NCBI GenBank assembly: GCA_052426225.1
Contig: JBNJNM010000020.1
Span: 21,848 to 85,847 of the forward strand
Direction of reading: 5' to 3'
Source of the DNA: Zancudomyces culisetae HAW-14-8
Taxonomy: Eukaryota > Fungi > Kickxellomycota
Length of the DNA stretch: 64,000 nt
Below the pieces are notes generated by a model that saw nothing but the letters and a program-made list of their open reading frames with translations, was not told the DNA's origin and did not search any database. Below are positions 24,801 through 36,168 of this stretch, piece by piece (positions within the stretch are counted from its first letter, which is position 1; each line of letters starts with the position of its first letter). Both the position numbers and the translations under genes were made by a program.

Positions 24801-25319
24801 TTAGATGACATTGAAACTATTCAGTTAATGTTGAATTATTGCCCTGAGATTGGTGGATTCTCTCGCTTACTTGAATCTGCTATCGAGAAAAACAAACTAG
24901 AGGCAGCTAAATTGCTATTGAAAGATACGACTACGCTTGAAAATAACGAATTGGATTTCGTATATTACGCCTGTAGAAATAATAATCTAGAATTTCTGAA
25001 GCTGTTATTTGAAAATGGGGTAAAGATAAAAAGGGGAAGTGGTAGTGGAGTGGTTTGGGCGTGTACAAATAACAATTTGGAAATGCTAAAACTCTTGTTG
25101 GAAAGAAATCCGAATTTGGTACTAAAAAAGGAATACGGGTTAAAGGAGGCTATCAAACATAAAAATGTCGAAATTATCAAACTGTTGATTAAACACGGTA
25201 TTGACACAAGTAGGCATATTGAATTGATCATAAAAGTTGCGAACGAACTAGATGATCAAGAATTGGTTGAGTTTTGCCAATATACAGTTGGGGGATTTAA
25301 AAAAGCTAAACAGTCATAA
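21900..25319 (+). CDS. F-box-like/ankyrin-repeat protein, copy 3 (intact, 1139 aa)
   Basis: Single-exon ORF; N-terminal LPASILSTVF..NPQLSLLNK F-box-like motif; many ankyrin repeats (e.g. ACRNNNLEFLKLLFENG, AIKHKNVEIIKLLIKHG). Confidence 0.92.
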   Translation: MDNTNNQHNVFNKLPASILSTVFVLAQNPQLSLLNKNMHYASQQVDTVCKYILQYILSITKHSFNSELRSIFEKYTRINMNEIVGILVFRKIKSLDYETALDIAFEYRWTNILNKLLKMYVVIDRNTSAVVHKGTLFMNEGEHLDIDISGLFSERNESRSEENDIDISESLYVRPLFRVRGNSMDLEYQILDISEERDVKMLLDICNTRFEFFPEICGSFERDIICVGKEFLLYCLFTAGEVIVDLDNLELLKQLLDVKINTKFSFQDLQSITNSYGDSYDTEFNNFVMDYGNADKMDLLVYMICTFHSIHWNEKELIKFLKDSYTGSRYSQIFFDAAVYNRYDSLVQEYVFKVELNPGNIRKLTEMAYCRGVVGIVKLLLINSDKLKGDLDENALKTAIKTKNYELVQEIISKYPNTMSVSCLGKAIEIGDTRIIKQLIEGGVNLKSLEYKEVRITYGYSYLYNLRLWGGSNDLDESEVQHIIGKLCSIKNYDIAKRLLEISNLSDEKTKSKTSESLAKTGTRLRFSKTILCLIKACQDFRCQFVHNGVDFDISFKYLDLFENVIAIVNSRRKKTFEIIYSYFQKLFSYNHMVEERKSCYEELLEIIRYIIENNLQNPFEYTEHDEINEFGYKVNIEVLNDRHYELAKSELVNRNFEILKLLIEYGVDINTKNSLILRTACKAGDISWIDYFIGKGAKLNGESDGFEEACKSDKVEVLEHWIKNGGVVPNNPKYECINVACILGNFDMIKWLVENGVDLSNPELNGVRVACRLGLKRTLKYLLDNNAEAGNICRYQLDYARLTEDIEMIKMILEYYVGLGVLEKKDNTNTKEGELQHYSPLSHNNSGCFDEYKITKILLEKGMSMDNSDLLYGIKAAITVSNIELLNLLLTYKINPNHHSKIMEFAVQLENVEAVKLLLESGISVEGNTSILDIALESKNAEMFRLLLENGAKVESKSHKLYYYFDLDDIETIQLMLNYCPEIGGFSRLLESAIEKNKLEAAKLLLKDTTTLENNELDFVYYACRNNNLEFLKLLFENGVKIKRGSGSGVVWACTNNNLEMLKLLLERNPNLVLKKEYGLKEAIKHKNVEIIKLLIKHGIDTSRHIELIIKVANELDDQELVEFCQYTVGGFKKAKQS

Positions 25320-26251
25320 TTTTATAAATACTCTCTTGATGGAATTATCAGTCTTTTATTTATTTGAGTACACCTTTGAAATGTGTTTCTTTTTAGTTTG
25401 TGATGTTCCTATTTTTTTTATACTGTTATTAACAATAAACGGAAAATTTTCAGGCATATACCAAGTGGATGGGTCTACATTTGTACAAGAACTGATTTGT
25501 TTATTCACATTTTAGAAAGGTTTAGTACAAGAGGGAGGCTGTCTATCAAGCGCAGTGAAGTTCAAATAAATACATACTAACACTAGAAACACGACAAATC
25601 TATAGTAAGAACACCAATACCTTTCCACTCTCCTCTACATCTTTGTTTTTCCAACTTCAATCCATATCCATCGAATATCGTGTGAATATATAATACATAA
25701 GCCTATTGATCCTGGCATTATACCTGTCAGTTAATCGCTTCTCTAGAAAGAAAGTTTTAAATCCAATGCCTAACACTAGGATAAAATATACTCAAACCAG
25801 CGTGTACATTTAGAATATGTATGCACCAACCAAGCCTCTACTGTGTTGGCCATGGTATGGACACCGAATCAAAGTGAAATAGAATCAGTTTCTCTACACA
25901 TCAGAAAAGGATCGAAGAATAAAATAAATAATATATCGAGACTGAAACAGAAACATTAAAGGTCGAAACGCTAAAATCCGAGCCCATATTTCTGATCTTG
26001 TCTTTTACCTGTGCTGGTCACGTCCTTAGAATCAAAAAAAAATGATAAATATATTTTGTCATTAACCTCATTTAAACAGGGTTTGGTTTGATAAGCAAAA
26101 AAAGAAAATAACAAGTGAAGAATGCTCGTTTGCGAGCAAATATACAGGGTGTATTAATTTAATAAAACGACTGTGGGTATTAAATAAGTATCATGTTTAA
26201 ATTAGACAAGGAAAACAAGGGTATACTAGTTTTGCACAGAAATTTATATCG

Positions 26252-27110
26252 CTAATAATCATCCTCATCGGAATACTCTATGGTTTTGTGTCTTTTTCTA
26301 TTCCTACTATGCCTTTCTTCCTCTTCTTCCTCTTCTTCATCCTCTGGCTCCTCTTCTTCGTCTTCTTCATCGCTACCAAATATACTAGCCGACTTTGATT
26401 TACTTTTGCCATTCCGATGACTACTTTTGATAGTGCCTCTATCTCTACCCCGCTCGGTATTTCTAAATGTTTCCTCTTCATCGTCATCCTCATCGTCGTA
26501 ATCCAACTGTTCTCTTCTTGAACCTCTCCCTGCTCTCGTACCGGATTCTTCGTCGTCATTTTCACTGTCAGTACCGCCATTTCTACCAGCAGAGCCTCCA
26601 GCAGCAGCGTTTGAAGAGGCGAGTTCCTCCTGCCGTTTGGCTTCATCACAAGCATCTATCCATTCGCTATATACATCAATTGGCTGACTCAAATCTATTT
26701 TTTTAAATAAATTTTCGATACTTTTCTTTTAGTATGACTTGTTGTATTTGTGATATAAAGATTTCTCTTTGTGTTTACAAATCAGAAACAAAAAAATGAA
26801 AAAAAAAAACTTGCGATTTATTGCTGCTTGGTATTTCGCTAGGCAAACTTTACAATTCAAAATCCCTATTTTTCGGGTCTTGTCCCTAGTTTACGAATTT
26901 CTGTTGTTATTTTTCTTTTTATGCGTGCAAAAGTGAATACAAAGGAGAGGTAGAGTAAGAGTGAAAAGAGTGGAAAAAAAAAGCTTATGGCTTTACTTAC
27001 ATTATTACATTAACCGACTTTTCGTGACTACAGAACAGGCAATCGAACACCTTGTCCAACTTGGGTTGTACCCTTTTGGCAACTTTTGTGGATGATTTTC
27101 TTTTTCCCAT
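26252..27110 (-). CDS. ELF1: Transcription elongation factor Elf1 with acidic C-terminal tail; exons 27110-27001, 26885-26815, 26694-26252
   Basis: Spliced translation MGKRKSS...LDKVFDCLFCSHEKSV...[33 protein letters not shown] gives the Elf1 zinc ribbon. The second intron has a GC donor. Confidence 0.93.
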
Positions 27111-27446
27111 GCTGTCTTTTACCCTTCCCTTTCCCTTTTTTCTTTTACTTTTGAAAATAATTAATATACAAGACAAAGTTTGTTAGTGTAATTAAAAAGA
27201 GACTTTTGGGATGAGAAAAAGTAAATGGCAAATTAAACGTCATTATAAATTATTGTATTCTATTTTTTTTTAGCTATTAAAAAATTACCCGAAAATGTTT
27301 CACCAAAAGAAAAAAGAGAAAAGAAAAAAATATAAAAAAATATCCGACAAACTCAGACACAATCCACTCTATAAATACACATCCATGTGCTTGAGATGGA
27401 TTATCCAACAACTACTTATAGGGTAAAACTATATGAGTACACATAT

Positions 27447-27480
27447 CCACCACCGCCACCGCCACCACCATCACCATCAT
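27447..27480. repeat. (CCA/CCG/TCA)n microsatellite
   Basis: ccaccaccgccaccgccaccaccatcaccatca. Confidence 0.8.
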
Positions 27481-27711
27481 ATCTGATATATTTTGCTTTC
27501 AACTTGCAATTGTTCTCATATCTTTCAAAGCCTCAGCTCTATATTCTCTATCGTCCTTCTTTTTTTTTTTTGCAGTACAACTTTGTTATAGATTTAGATT
27601 ATATTAATAAAATCAAATGAAAAATAATAGTGAAATACTAAATACGGATAAACAAGTAAAAAGGAATAGTATAATAATATATAAGGAATCAACAGCTAGG
27701 TCTTGACTGAA

Positions 27712-29460
27712 TTAAATCTTGGCACTAGCCTTTTTCCAATTGTATGCCAATACAGGTTTTACATAGCCACCAAAGACTTCCAAGAAGTTGGACTCACCTT
27801 CTGGACCACGAGATCCAAATCGGTATGGCAGAGGAGTGATATTTTCATTGTCGATTTGGTGCAACAGTGGAGTGAAAATACGCCAAGACTCATCGAGTTC
27901 ATCAGCTCTGACAAAGTTGGAGTGGTCGGTACCCAAGACGTCTAAAATCAAGCTTGCATAGGCATCGGGTATAGGAATGTGAGTGTATCTATCCTGGTAT
28001 GTAAGATCCAGCTCGCTGAGAGCGAGGTTGTTTGTGAGTCCAGGTTCTTTTACTACAGTTTTCATGTAGATGGCTTCGGCTGGACTGATGCGGATGACCA
28101 GCTCGTTTCTGGCCATGTTTGGGAAGAGTGGGTACTTCATATCCTTGAACTGGATTCGAACGGACACTCGGGCATCCTCTAGCGCCTTGCCGGCCTTTAC
28201 TACGAATGGAACACCTCTCCACCGGTCGTTATCGATGTGCAGAGTTGTCATTGCGAACGTTGGAGTGTTTGAGCCTTTTCGAACAGTTTCATCGTCCAAA
28301 TACCCGGGCTCTGAGCCATCCTCCGATGCGGTGTATTGACCAAGTAGGGTTTCATCAAGGGTTGCTGGTGGGATACATTTCAACACAGCGGCCTTGCAGT
28401 CACGGATATCTTCGGCGTCCAGTGATTTGGGTGTCTCCATGGCAATGATACTGAGTACCTGCATCAAGTGGTTTTGTATGACATCACGGATTATTCCAAA
28501 CTCATCAAAGTAGCCACCGCGGCCTTGTGTACCAATCTTTTCCTTAAATGTGATTTGTACATTTGAAATGTACTCCTTGTTCCAAACGGCATCGTAAAAT
28601 GTGTTTGCAAATCGCAAAGCCATCAAGTTTTTAACCATATCCTTGCCCAAGTAGTGGTCAGTTCTAAAGATCTCTTCTTCTCTAAAGTATTTGGAAATCT
28701 GGCCACCCAAAACCTTGCTGGAATCTCGGTCTGATCCGAATGGTTTCTCGATTACCAGGTGGTTTGTCACATCATTACTGTATAGGTTCTCCTTGATGTT
28801 TCCGGCAACCTCTACAAATGTAGTTGGTGGTAGTGCCAGGTAGTATATCCTCATAACACCGCAATTCTTCCCGCCACTTGCTGTGTCCATTTCGCCTTCT
28901 AGTTCTCTTACGCGAGCGTGCATTTGTTGGAAGTCATCTGGTTTTCCATATTCTCCGCTGCGGTATTCACAGAGCTCTTCAAAGGCAGCAATGTCATCTC
29001 CTGGTGACTTTATGTATTGTTTGATTCGCTTCAAAAAGTCTTCTCTGTTGAGTGGGCTCCGAGCATATCCAATAATACGTGTATGCTTTGGTAGCAGTTT
29101 TTTTGTAAACAACTCGTAGAGTGCAGGAAACGTCTTTCTTTTGGCCAAGTCTCCTGAAGCTCCAAAGACTATTCAAGTATTATTTTTATTTATTTGATTT
29201 TGTTTAGTTTAGTTTAGTTTTTATATCTTGAAAATTGTTTTTCTTGCTTCTTGGCATAATTTCAAAAGATATAAAAGAAATTTATACTATGGTTTACGTA
29301 TAGTGACACTATAATAGCTTCCACTATAACGTCCCTTTCCCAACTTTTAAGTGTCGTTGCAAGTAGGTTTTGTACTAAATATATGACACTATCTCTTACC
29401 TATAATGGTAGTCAGGTTTTGCTTTTTAATCATACTGGGATATTCTTCAAAGACTGTCAT
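27712..29460 (-). CDS. ZWF1: Glucose-6-phosphate 1-dehydrogenase; exons ~29460-29400 and ~29168-27712
   Basis: Splice restores IIVFGASGDLAKRKTFPAL; also IEKPFG, FRTDHYLGK and GRGGYFDEFGIIRDVIQNHL. Confidence 0.97.
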
Positions 29461-31987
29461 TTTTTGTTAGTTCTTTTTCCGTCGTTCTTAAGTATTTTTT
29501 TTAATGTCTGAGGTGTGATCTTGTGAGTGTGAGTGTGATATTTGTGTGAAATATTTCGTAAGTGCTCAGATATCTTTTTACTGTTAAAAGTCGGGACGGG
29601 GTTTTTACGTAGTTAGTTTGTCTTTGGCTGTTCCTTGTTTTCCTGCTGTTAACGTTTTTTTTTTAAAACTTTCAAGTTCAGCAAAATAAGGGGAGGAGCT
29701 GTATTTATACAAAACAATTCATGCATAGATTTGCATTTCCCCTACTTTATTTGTCTATTTTCCCCCTTTTTTTATTCTAACGTTATTGATTTCTAATATA
29801 AAAAAATAATGATTTGTAATGGGTTTAAATTGTTCGCTTTGCTGAGATTGGTTTGCTTTTTTTACAGTTCGATTAGATCAAATAAAATGATTTCCAGTAA
29901 TTTGCTCTCACCTACCTCTCTCACTCTTCCCCGTTCGCCATTTTATTAGCTGGTTGCTCATTTTCTCTCGCTAGGGTTTCCCTGCAACACAATCAATAAA
30001 GTCTAGCACCTGTTCCTTAGTTCCAACATTTTTGCATAATTTGCGTACGAATGACTGTGTTTGCCGAAAAATTCTATTTGCTTTTTTTGCTCACCAAACC
30101 TTTTCTTTTTTCCCAAATGTTTTTGTTTTCACGATTTATTATATGCAGTTATTGGTTCACAAGTTTGAACTGAAAAATGGGGCTAATGAACTAAAAAATA
30201 ATAATAAATTCAGCAACATTAAATCCAAGTTTGAAAAAGTGAGCTTTGGCTTTTTCGCTGTTTATTTTTATCTTTTACTTTCTGCTTGATTGTTTATTTT
30301 ATTTTACTAGTCACTCCAGGGATTTGAAATCAATATGATTATTAATTTGGGTTTTGCTTATTAATGCACTTGCTTTATCGTTTATTATCTCGGCTGTCAA
30401 ATATGAAAGTACTAACAGTAGTTCCAAATTTTCACTAATTGGAATCCCGCACTCGGGTTTACGGAATATCTTGAAACTCGGAAATTAAAAACCCACGAGA
30501 AAAAATATACAGTGTGTGGGTGTTGCTTTTCCAAACATATTTTAGTCTATTTGTTCTTGGCTTATTGTAATTGTTTCTAAATTCGAATATCAAAAAAGAA
30601 AAAGAATATTAAAAAAACGTGGACAAAGTGTTGATTTATATCTCTTTTCTTGAAGCTTCCCCCGCCTCGCTACAGTTTAAATGCCAACCTCCCCGCCTTC
30701 AAAAGTTCATTATACCATACCTATACTCATTAGCAGACCCTCCTTCTATTTTTTTATTTTTTTTTTTGGTTACGAGTTTAGCATGGGATTTTGTACTCTT
30801 GGTTTACCATGTTCTTGGTGATTAAAGCTGCAAAAAAAAATCCATTTTTTTTTAATGGTGAACTAAATTGACAAGTAACATTTTTTCCTTCCCGCCACCG
30901 GAGTTTACGTTTTAATTTATTAATACAATTAACATTTTCAATAATATACCATTCCCGCAAATAGATTCAAGTGATAAAGAAAGAAAAAAACGTGCGTTGA
31001 TACTCGCTTGTCAGATCACAACAGGTATATTTGGCTGTTTGAAACTAATGCACAGATCCCATGCTTTTATTATATCCACTTGCAGTATATCAGTAACAAC
31101 AGTACAAAGGAAAGAAAGAAAAATATTATAAACATGTACAGACACCTCTTTTTTGTTTTGTAACTGTACACGATCGACCAACTTTTATCTCAGGCTTTAT
31201 TAAAGGAGGCAAAAGTGACTCCATTTTTTTCTGGGGTGAGGGGGTGAAAGGTACACAGAAAACAAGTGCTTTTCGATTTCCACCACATACTCCAAATTTA
31301 AAATTTGTCGTATTTAGTGAACAGGCAGGCTTTTACGACGTTTGTTTAAAACATGTCACTTGGTAGTTGTATCACATGGCTGCATATGAAATAAACAGTA
31401 AAAGCACCAGGAAAGACCTTCGCCACCACTATTATCTGTTCATTTTATTTTCTTGCACGTGAAATAAACTATATACTGCATGATATCGGACCTCCAGAAT
31501 GTGGATAATTCCCATCTCAATAAATATACCAAACAATCCTCCAAAAACACGAGACACATCAAAGATATTGGATGGTAGAACCTGAGCAAGACAAAAGACA
31601 CCATCACAGCAGTCCTAAGGTGACTAGCACCGTGTGTATTTACCAAGATATGAATGTTTCTGAACAGCTACCCACACATCATTAAATAATCACATTAACA
31701 CTTTGCAACCTACTGTTTTTTTTTTGCACATCATCATGAGTCATATTTTTTTATACAAATTATTTATTTTTTTCAAATGTATCTTTTAGCATCAACCATA
31801 TTTTCAAGGATTACAGTTTAACGATCCTTAAAAGTAAAAAAAGTATATTCGCTTTTACTCCAATACTCCCAAATTAAATATAATATATTTTTTTATTGGA
31901 AAATAATAGGTATACTGAACTAAAATGCATAGTAAATATATTAACGAAAAAAACTAGATTAAAAACTTATCATCACTTGCTTCGTGG

Positions 31988-33475
31988 CTAGAAAATAGGG
32001 ATATAGTTGCCAATCTTATCCTTCTGTTTCTGGCTAATGCACTCGGCTATCCACACTACATTCCGAACTTCTTGTTCCTTCAATTTCAGCCAGGCATAAA
32101 ATATCCCAAAATGAAACTGTCTATCAAATGCAGTCTTGTTTAGATTAACTTGTCGCTCAAAGCACAGCTCTTCAAATGACAAATCCCTTGCCGATCCAGC
32201 GTGGTGGTCTTCCTCCACCAACAGTGAACGGTAATCAAGATATGCGCCCAGTGCATGCTTTACTTGCTCCACATCGTCGCATTTTGCCAAATTTGCATCG
32301 CCTCCAGGATACAAAATTCCGAGCTTTGGAAACAGTTTTGTACGGTCCTCTTTTGACAGTTCAGTTCCTATCGAGTTTATCGTAATACTGATTTTCCTGC
32401 GATCTGCCTCAAACTATTTGGATAATAACCAAAACTTTAAGCAACTTGGAACATGTGCTTTCTAGCTTAATTTCATTTTAGCTTAAAGCCAGAAATACTA
32501 AAACATAAACATACCATCAATATTTCACTCATAATCTCAAAGGTGGTGCCTCCAATCTCCTCACAATATCTGTAAAAATCTTCAATGTATGCCTTGTACA
32601 ACATATTTCTTATGATTTCTATGTTAACTTCGTTTAAATCCTCAGCTGAAAGACAGTCTCTAAAATACTCGGCTATTAATAATCAAAAGGATATTAGCTG
32701 AAGCGTATAGTTGTGACCCGGAGTGGATATCACTCGTATTTATATATACCTCGTTTTATACGCACTGTATCAAACATACCTATTGGGGAATCGACCAAAA
32801 CTGTGGTATATAACTCGGCAACATTTGTGGCTACGCAAAGTGCAGGCATTGTATCAAACCAACCCAGAGGGTGGCATCTTTCTAGTAGCTCATGTGTATC
32901 TCTTTCGTGTAGCGTTCCTGTTATCAATAATATTACATTGTCAATCATATACGAATATGTCAGATACTTGAGGAATTTCAAGCATTGAGAGTTTGAGTTT
33001 TCTCGAAGGTATCTAAATTCCTGTACTAGCACTTCGTTACACCTCGCACTCATGGTAGAGGTTGCTAATGGTGAAGGTTCGTTTTGTAGAAACAGGCCAT
33101 AATCCGTTGTTGCCAGCTGCATACGCAAATCTATGAAAAGTACATTTTTAATTTGCATTTATTTTCTCATTGTGTTTGAAGGCATGGATAAATGTCGGGA
33201 TTTAAATCAAGTATTATTTTTGATATTGTTGCAAAGCTTGTAAAGTATCAACAGCTTCATAGATATTTAATTTCATGCGGTTTTGACAAGATCCTCACCG
33301 ACCCAATTCCACAACCAATAAATACTTTACTGCAGATTCCAACAAACTTACCTTCTATTGTTTCACATTGAGTCATATTCAAGTACTGTTGTCGCGTAAT
33401 AAACCCATCCCTATATCCACGAACAATGCCCTCCAGGTACCCATTTTCAACGTTAAATTTTATTTCCTCCATCAT
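31988..33475 (-). CDS. VMA6: V-type ATPase V0 subunit d; exons 33475-33352, 33130-32780, 32672-32515, 32413-31988
   Basis: [44 protein letters not shown] and [28 protein letters not shown]; GT-AG introns in frame. Confidence 0.97.
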
Positions 33476-33999
33476 ATGCAGGCTTTGTTTAATATTTATT
33501 TTCTTCGTCGATGTTTTAAAAAGTATTTGAAACTAACAATACAAGTGCTGAGTTGTATTTTAATTTAATTGTAATTATTTTTTTTAGTGAATAAGGTTAT
33601 TAGCATTAATTTTTAAATGAAGAAAATAATTTTGCGCCACTCCAACGCTTCTAGGCATTACCGCCCTCCACTGAAATCGAAGAAATACAAACATCCAATA
33701 TAATATACTGTTAATTTACGCAGCGAGCCGTGGTGCTGGGTGCAGGGAATCGCTAGAGTACTATACAACTTATAAGAACATCACTAGTTGTTATATAGCT
33801 AGCAAACCTATCCTCGTCTAAACGCTCTGTGGTTTGTTGTCATTTTTTTACTTGAAACCTGCTGGTCTAGTGCATATGGGAAAAAATAAACACTCAAAAT
33901 AACAGATAGTCGAATAAAAGTAGGAAAATAATCAAGTGGTCGATTCCACTCGAGAATCCAATGTACCCTATATCCGTGACCAAGCTTTGGTGTCTCGGA

Positions 34000-34030
34000 A
34001 ACCACCACCACCACCACCGCCGCCGCCGTC
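34000..34030. repeat. (CCA)n(CCG)n microsatellite in the divergent VMA6 / RRM-gene promoter
   Basis: accaccaccaccaccaccgccgccgccg. Confidence 0.8.
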
Positions 34031-34272
34031 CCCAGTAACAAGCAATTAGTTGCGGATTTAGCTTTTAAGCAGTGCACCTCAATTGGCGTGTGTGGACTTT
34101 TTTTTCAACATTTTTTTGACAATTGTGCTAAATAACTAAAAAAAAAATTTTTTTTATAAAAGATCAAAATGTCTATTGTAAAAGTTTGAACCAAGAATTT
34201 GTAGTTATTTCGCCATATTCCGCTAATTTATCGATATCGTCGGTAGAGACCTGGTCGAAAACACAATTTATC

Positions 34273-35763
34273 ATGGAGGTAGAGCAAAAAAACGAACCTA
34301 ACAATCCAGTCACAGAGGATTCACAGGTTCAAGCAGTAGATGTTGATGCAGAAAAGGATATCAGAGTATATGTGGGCGGACTAAACCCCAGAACAATAGA
34401 TACAGACATACTTCAAAGATTCGAGCCCTTTGGGAGTGTTCACGACATTGAACTTGCAAAATTTGCAGATTCGGATGAATGTCGAGGTTTTGGATTTTTG
34501 ACGCTACACACGACTGACAAAAAGTGGAAAAAATGCCTGTCTGTATATAACGGAGCAAAATGGAGAGAGTGTGTTATGAAGGTGCAAGAAGCCACAGAAA
34601 ACTACAAAATTAGAATGGATAGAGAGCGAGAACAGGTTGTTGAAGAAACACCAAAGAAAACCCGCTACTCAAAAAACAGGTATGCAAAAGATATGACACT
34701 AGTTACTGATAAAAACGTTGATGAAAGAAGGGGGTGGAAAAGATCGAGATACGGAAGAGCAGTGGCTGTGATGAGGTTGCGGATGGAAGACAACAGGACA
34801 ATAAGAGTGGTTGATCCAACCCATTATAAAGATAATTTATTGAAACTCTTTGGAAGCGTGAGACCCAAAATAATTGAAGACCTGGCATATATTACGGACT
34901 ACGATTCTGAAAATGATGACAGCAGCGACGATAGTGACAAAGAAACTAGCAAAGGTGATAGTAAAGAAAAGCTCAAATACGGCTCTACATCCAAAAATGA
35001 TACAAGAGGTATTGAAAATGATAACGAGTCGGGTAACGAAAGTGACGCCAGCTATGATTTGGAGCAGGAAAAGCAAAGACATTTACAGATTTTGTACAGT
35101 ATGTTTGGTAAAAATAGTGTGCCAACAACCACCGAAAAGCCACTGGCAAGCCGGGCTGATGAAAGCTCGAGTATATCCGGCTCCGGCTCTGAAGATGAAA
35201 CTGATGCTGGAGACAACTTTGGTGAACTGGATGGGTCTGATGTGGATATGCCAAGTAAGGATAATATGGAGACATTTAGAGGACTGTTTGGACGCTCCGA
35301 AAGTAAGCCACAAGCAGGCGGATCAGATGCACCGTTTAGTTTGTTTGGTGGTGAATTGAATGAGAGTGTTATGACAAACAAACCCAACGCCTCTATCTCT
35401 GACGACTCGGTAACTAAATCCAGCGGGCTTGATCTGATTATTAAAAACTTATGCTTTTTCGACCATCCCAATGTTCCCGAAGTACATGAGAATTCACTAA
35501 TGCATTTTGTTGAAAAATCCGTGGCAAACACTCAGTCGGATTCCCAGGACGAGCAACAACTATCACAGGTTCCAGATATAAGCAGCTTCTCTCCGCTTTA
35601 TCCTGGCCAAACACCCTTTTCATTCTATAGAACTGAAAGCCTGGACAAGATCCGTGAAGGCTGGCTAAAAACAAGGCTGGACCTGACCAGAGAATACAAG
35701 CGGCTTTATAAAACTGCTGCGAAAACAGATAAAAGAATAAAGAAGAAATCCAAACTGTTTTAA
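34273..35763 (+). CDS. NOL8/Nop8-like nucleolar RRM protein
   Basis: N-terminal RRM (RVYVGGL; RGFGFLTL; YNGAKW...KVQEA), acidic low-complexity middle and basic C-terminus; first ATG at 34273. Confidence 0.8.
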   Translation: MEVEQKNEPNNPVTEDSQVQAVDVDAEKDIRVYVGGLNPRTIDTDILQRFEPFGSVHDIELAKFADSDECRGFGFLTLHTTDKKWKKCLSVYNGAKWRECVMKVQEATENYKIRMDREREQVVEETPKKTRYSKNRYAKDMTLVTDKNVDERRGWKRSRYGRAVAVMRLRMEDNRTIRVVDPTHYKDNLLKLFGSVRPKIIEDLAYITDYDSENDDSSDDSDKETSKGDSKEKLKYGSTSKNDTRGIENDNESGNESDASYDLEQEKQRHLQILYSMFGKNSVPTTTEKPLASRADESSSISGSGSEDETDAGDNFGELDGSDVDMPSKDNMETFRGLFGRSESKPQAGGSDAPFSLFGGELNESVMTNKPNASISDDSVTKSSGLDLIIKNLCFFDHPNVPEVHENSLMHFVEKSVANTQSDSQDEQQLSQVPDISSFSPLYPGQTPFSFYRTESLDKIREGWLKTRLDLTREYKRLYKTAAKTDKRIKKKSKLF

Positions 35764-36168
35764 CTGACTTTGGCATGAATGAATGGTTCTTATCAATGAC
35801 TACTTGTTTAGCATTTTGGTTCGTTGGTTTATGTTTTTTTCTTTTGTTTTTGACTTTTGTGTCTTGTAAATTGTATTTTTTCAGAACATCACACTTGTTG
35901 GGTTGATCAAGACATTTATATATAATTTTTTACATAGATATTGGCTGTTCAGATCTGAGTTCCCATTAATAAAAAAATAAACAAAATCAGCAAATGCAAT
36001 TGAACATCAATCAAACTTCATCTAGCAATCCTTTATTATACTCTTTTGAGGGATAAAATCCTAACTGCAAAAAGAAATATTTAGGCTGTATTTAGTTCCC
36101 ACTCCAGTTAGATCCAAGACAATAAACGAATATATACATATATTAGATATAGGCAACTGCACTAAAAG

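Noticed and set aside
28630-28670. G6PD active-site peptide RTDHYLGKD instead of RIDHYLGKE
   Set aside because: The catalytic DHYLGK core is intact; this is likely tolerated variation.
33933-33950. tRNA T-arm/B-box-like AGTGGTCGATTCCACT
   Set aside because: The loop is not TTCGANT and no cloverleaf can be built; no RNA gene is supported in the window.
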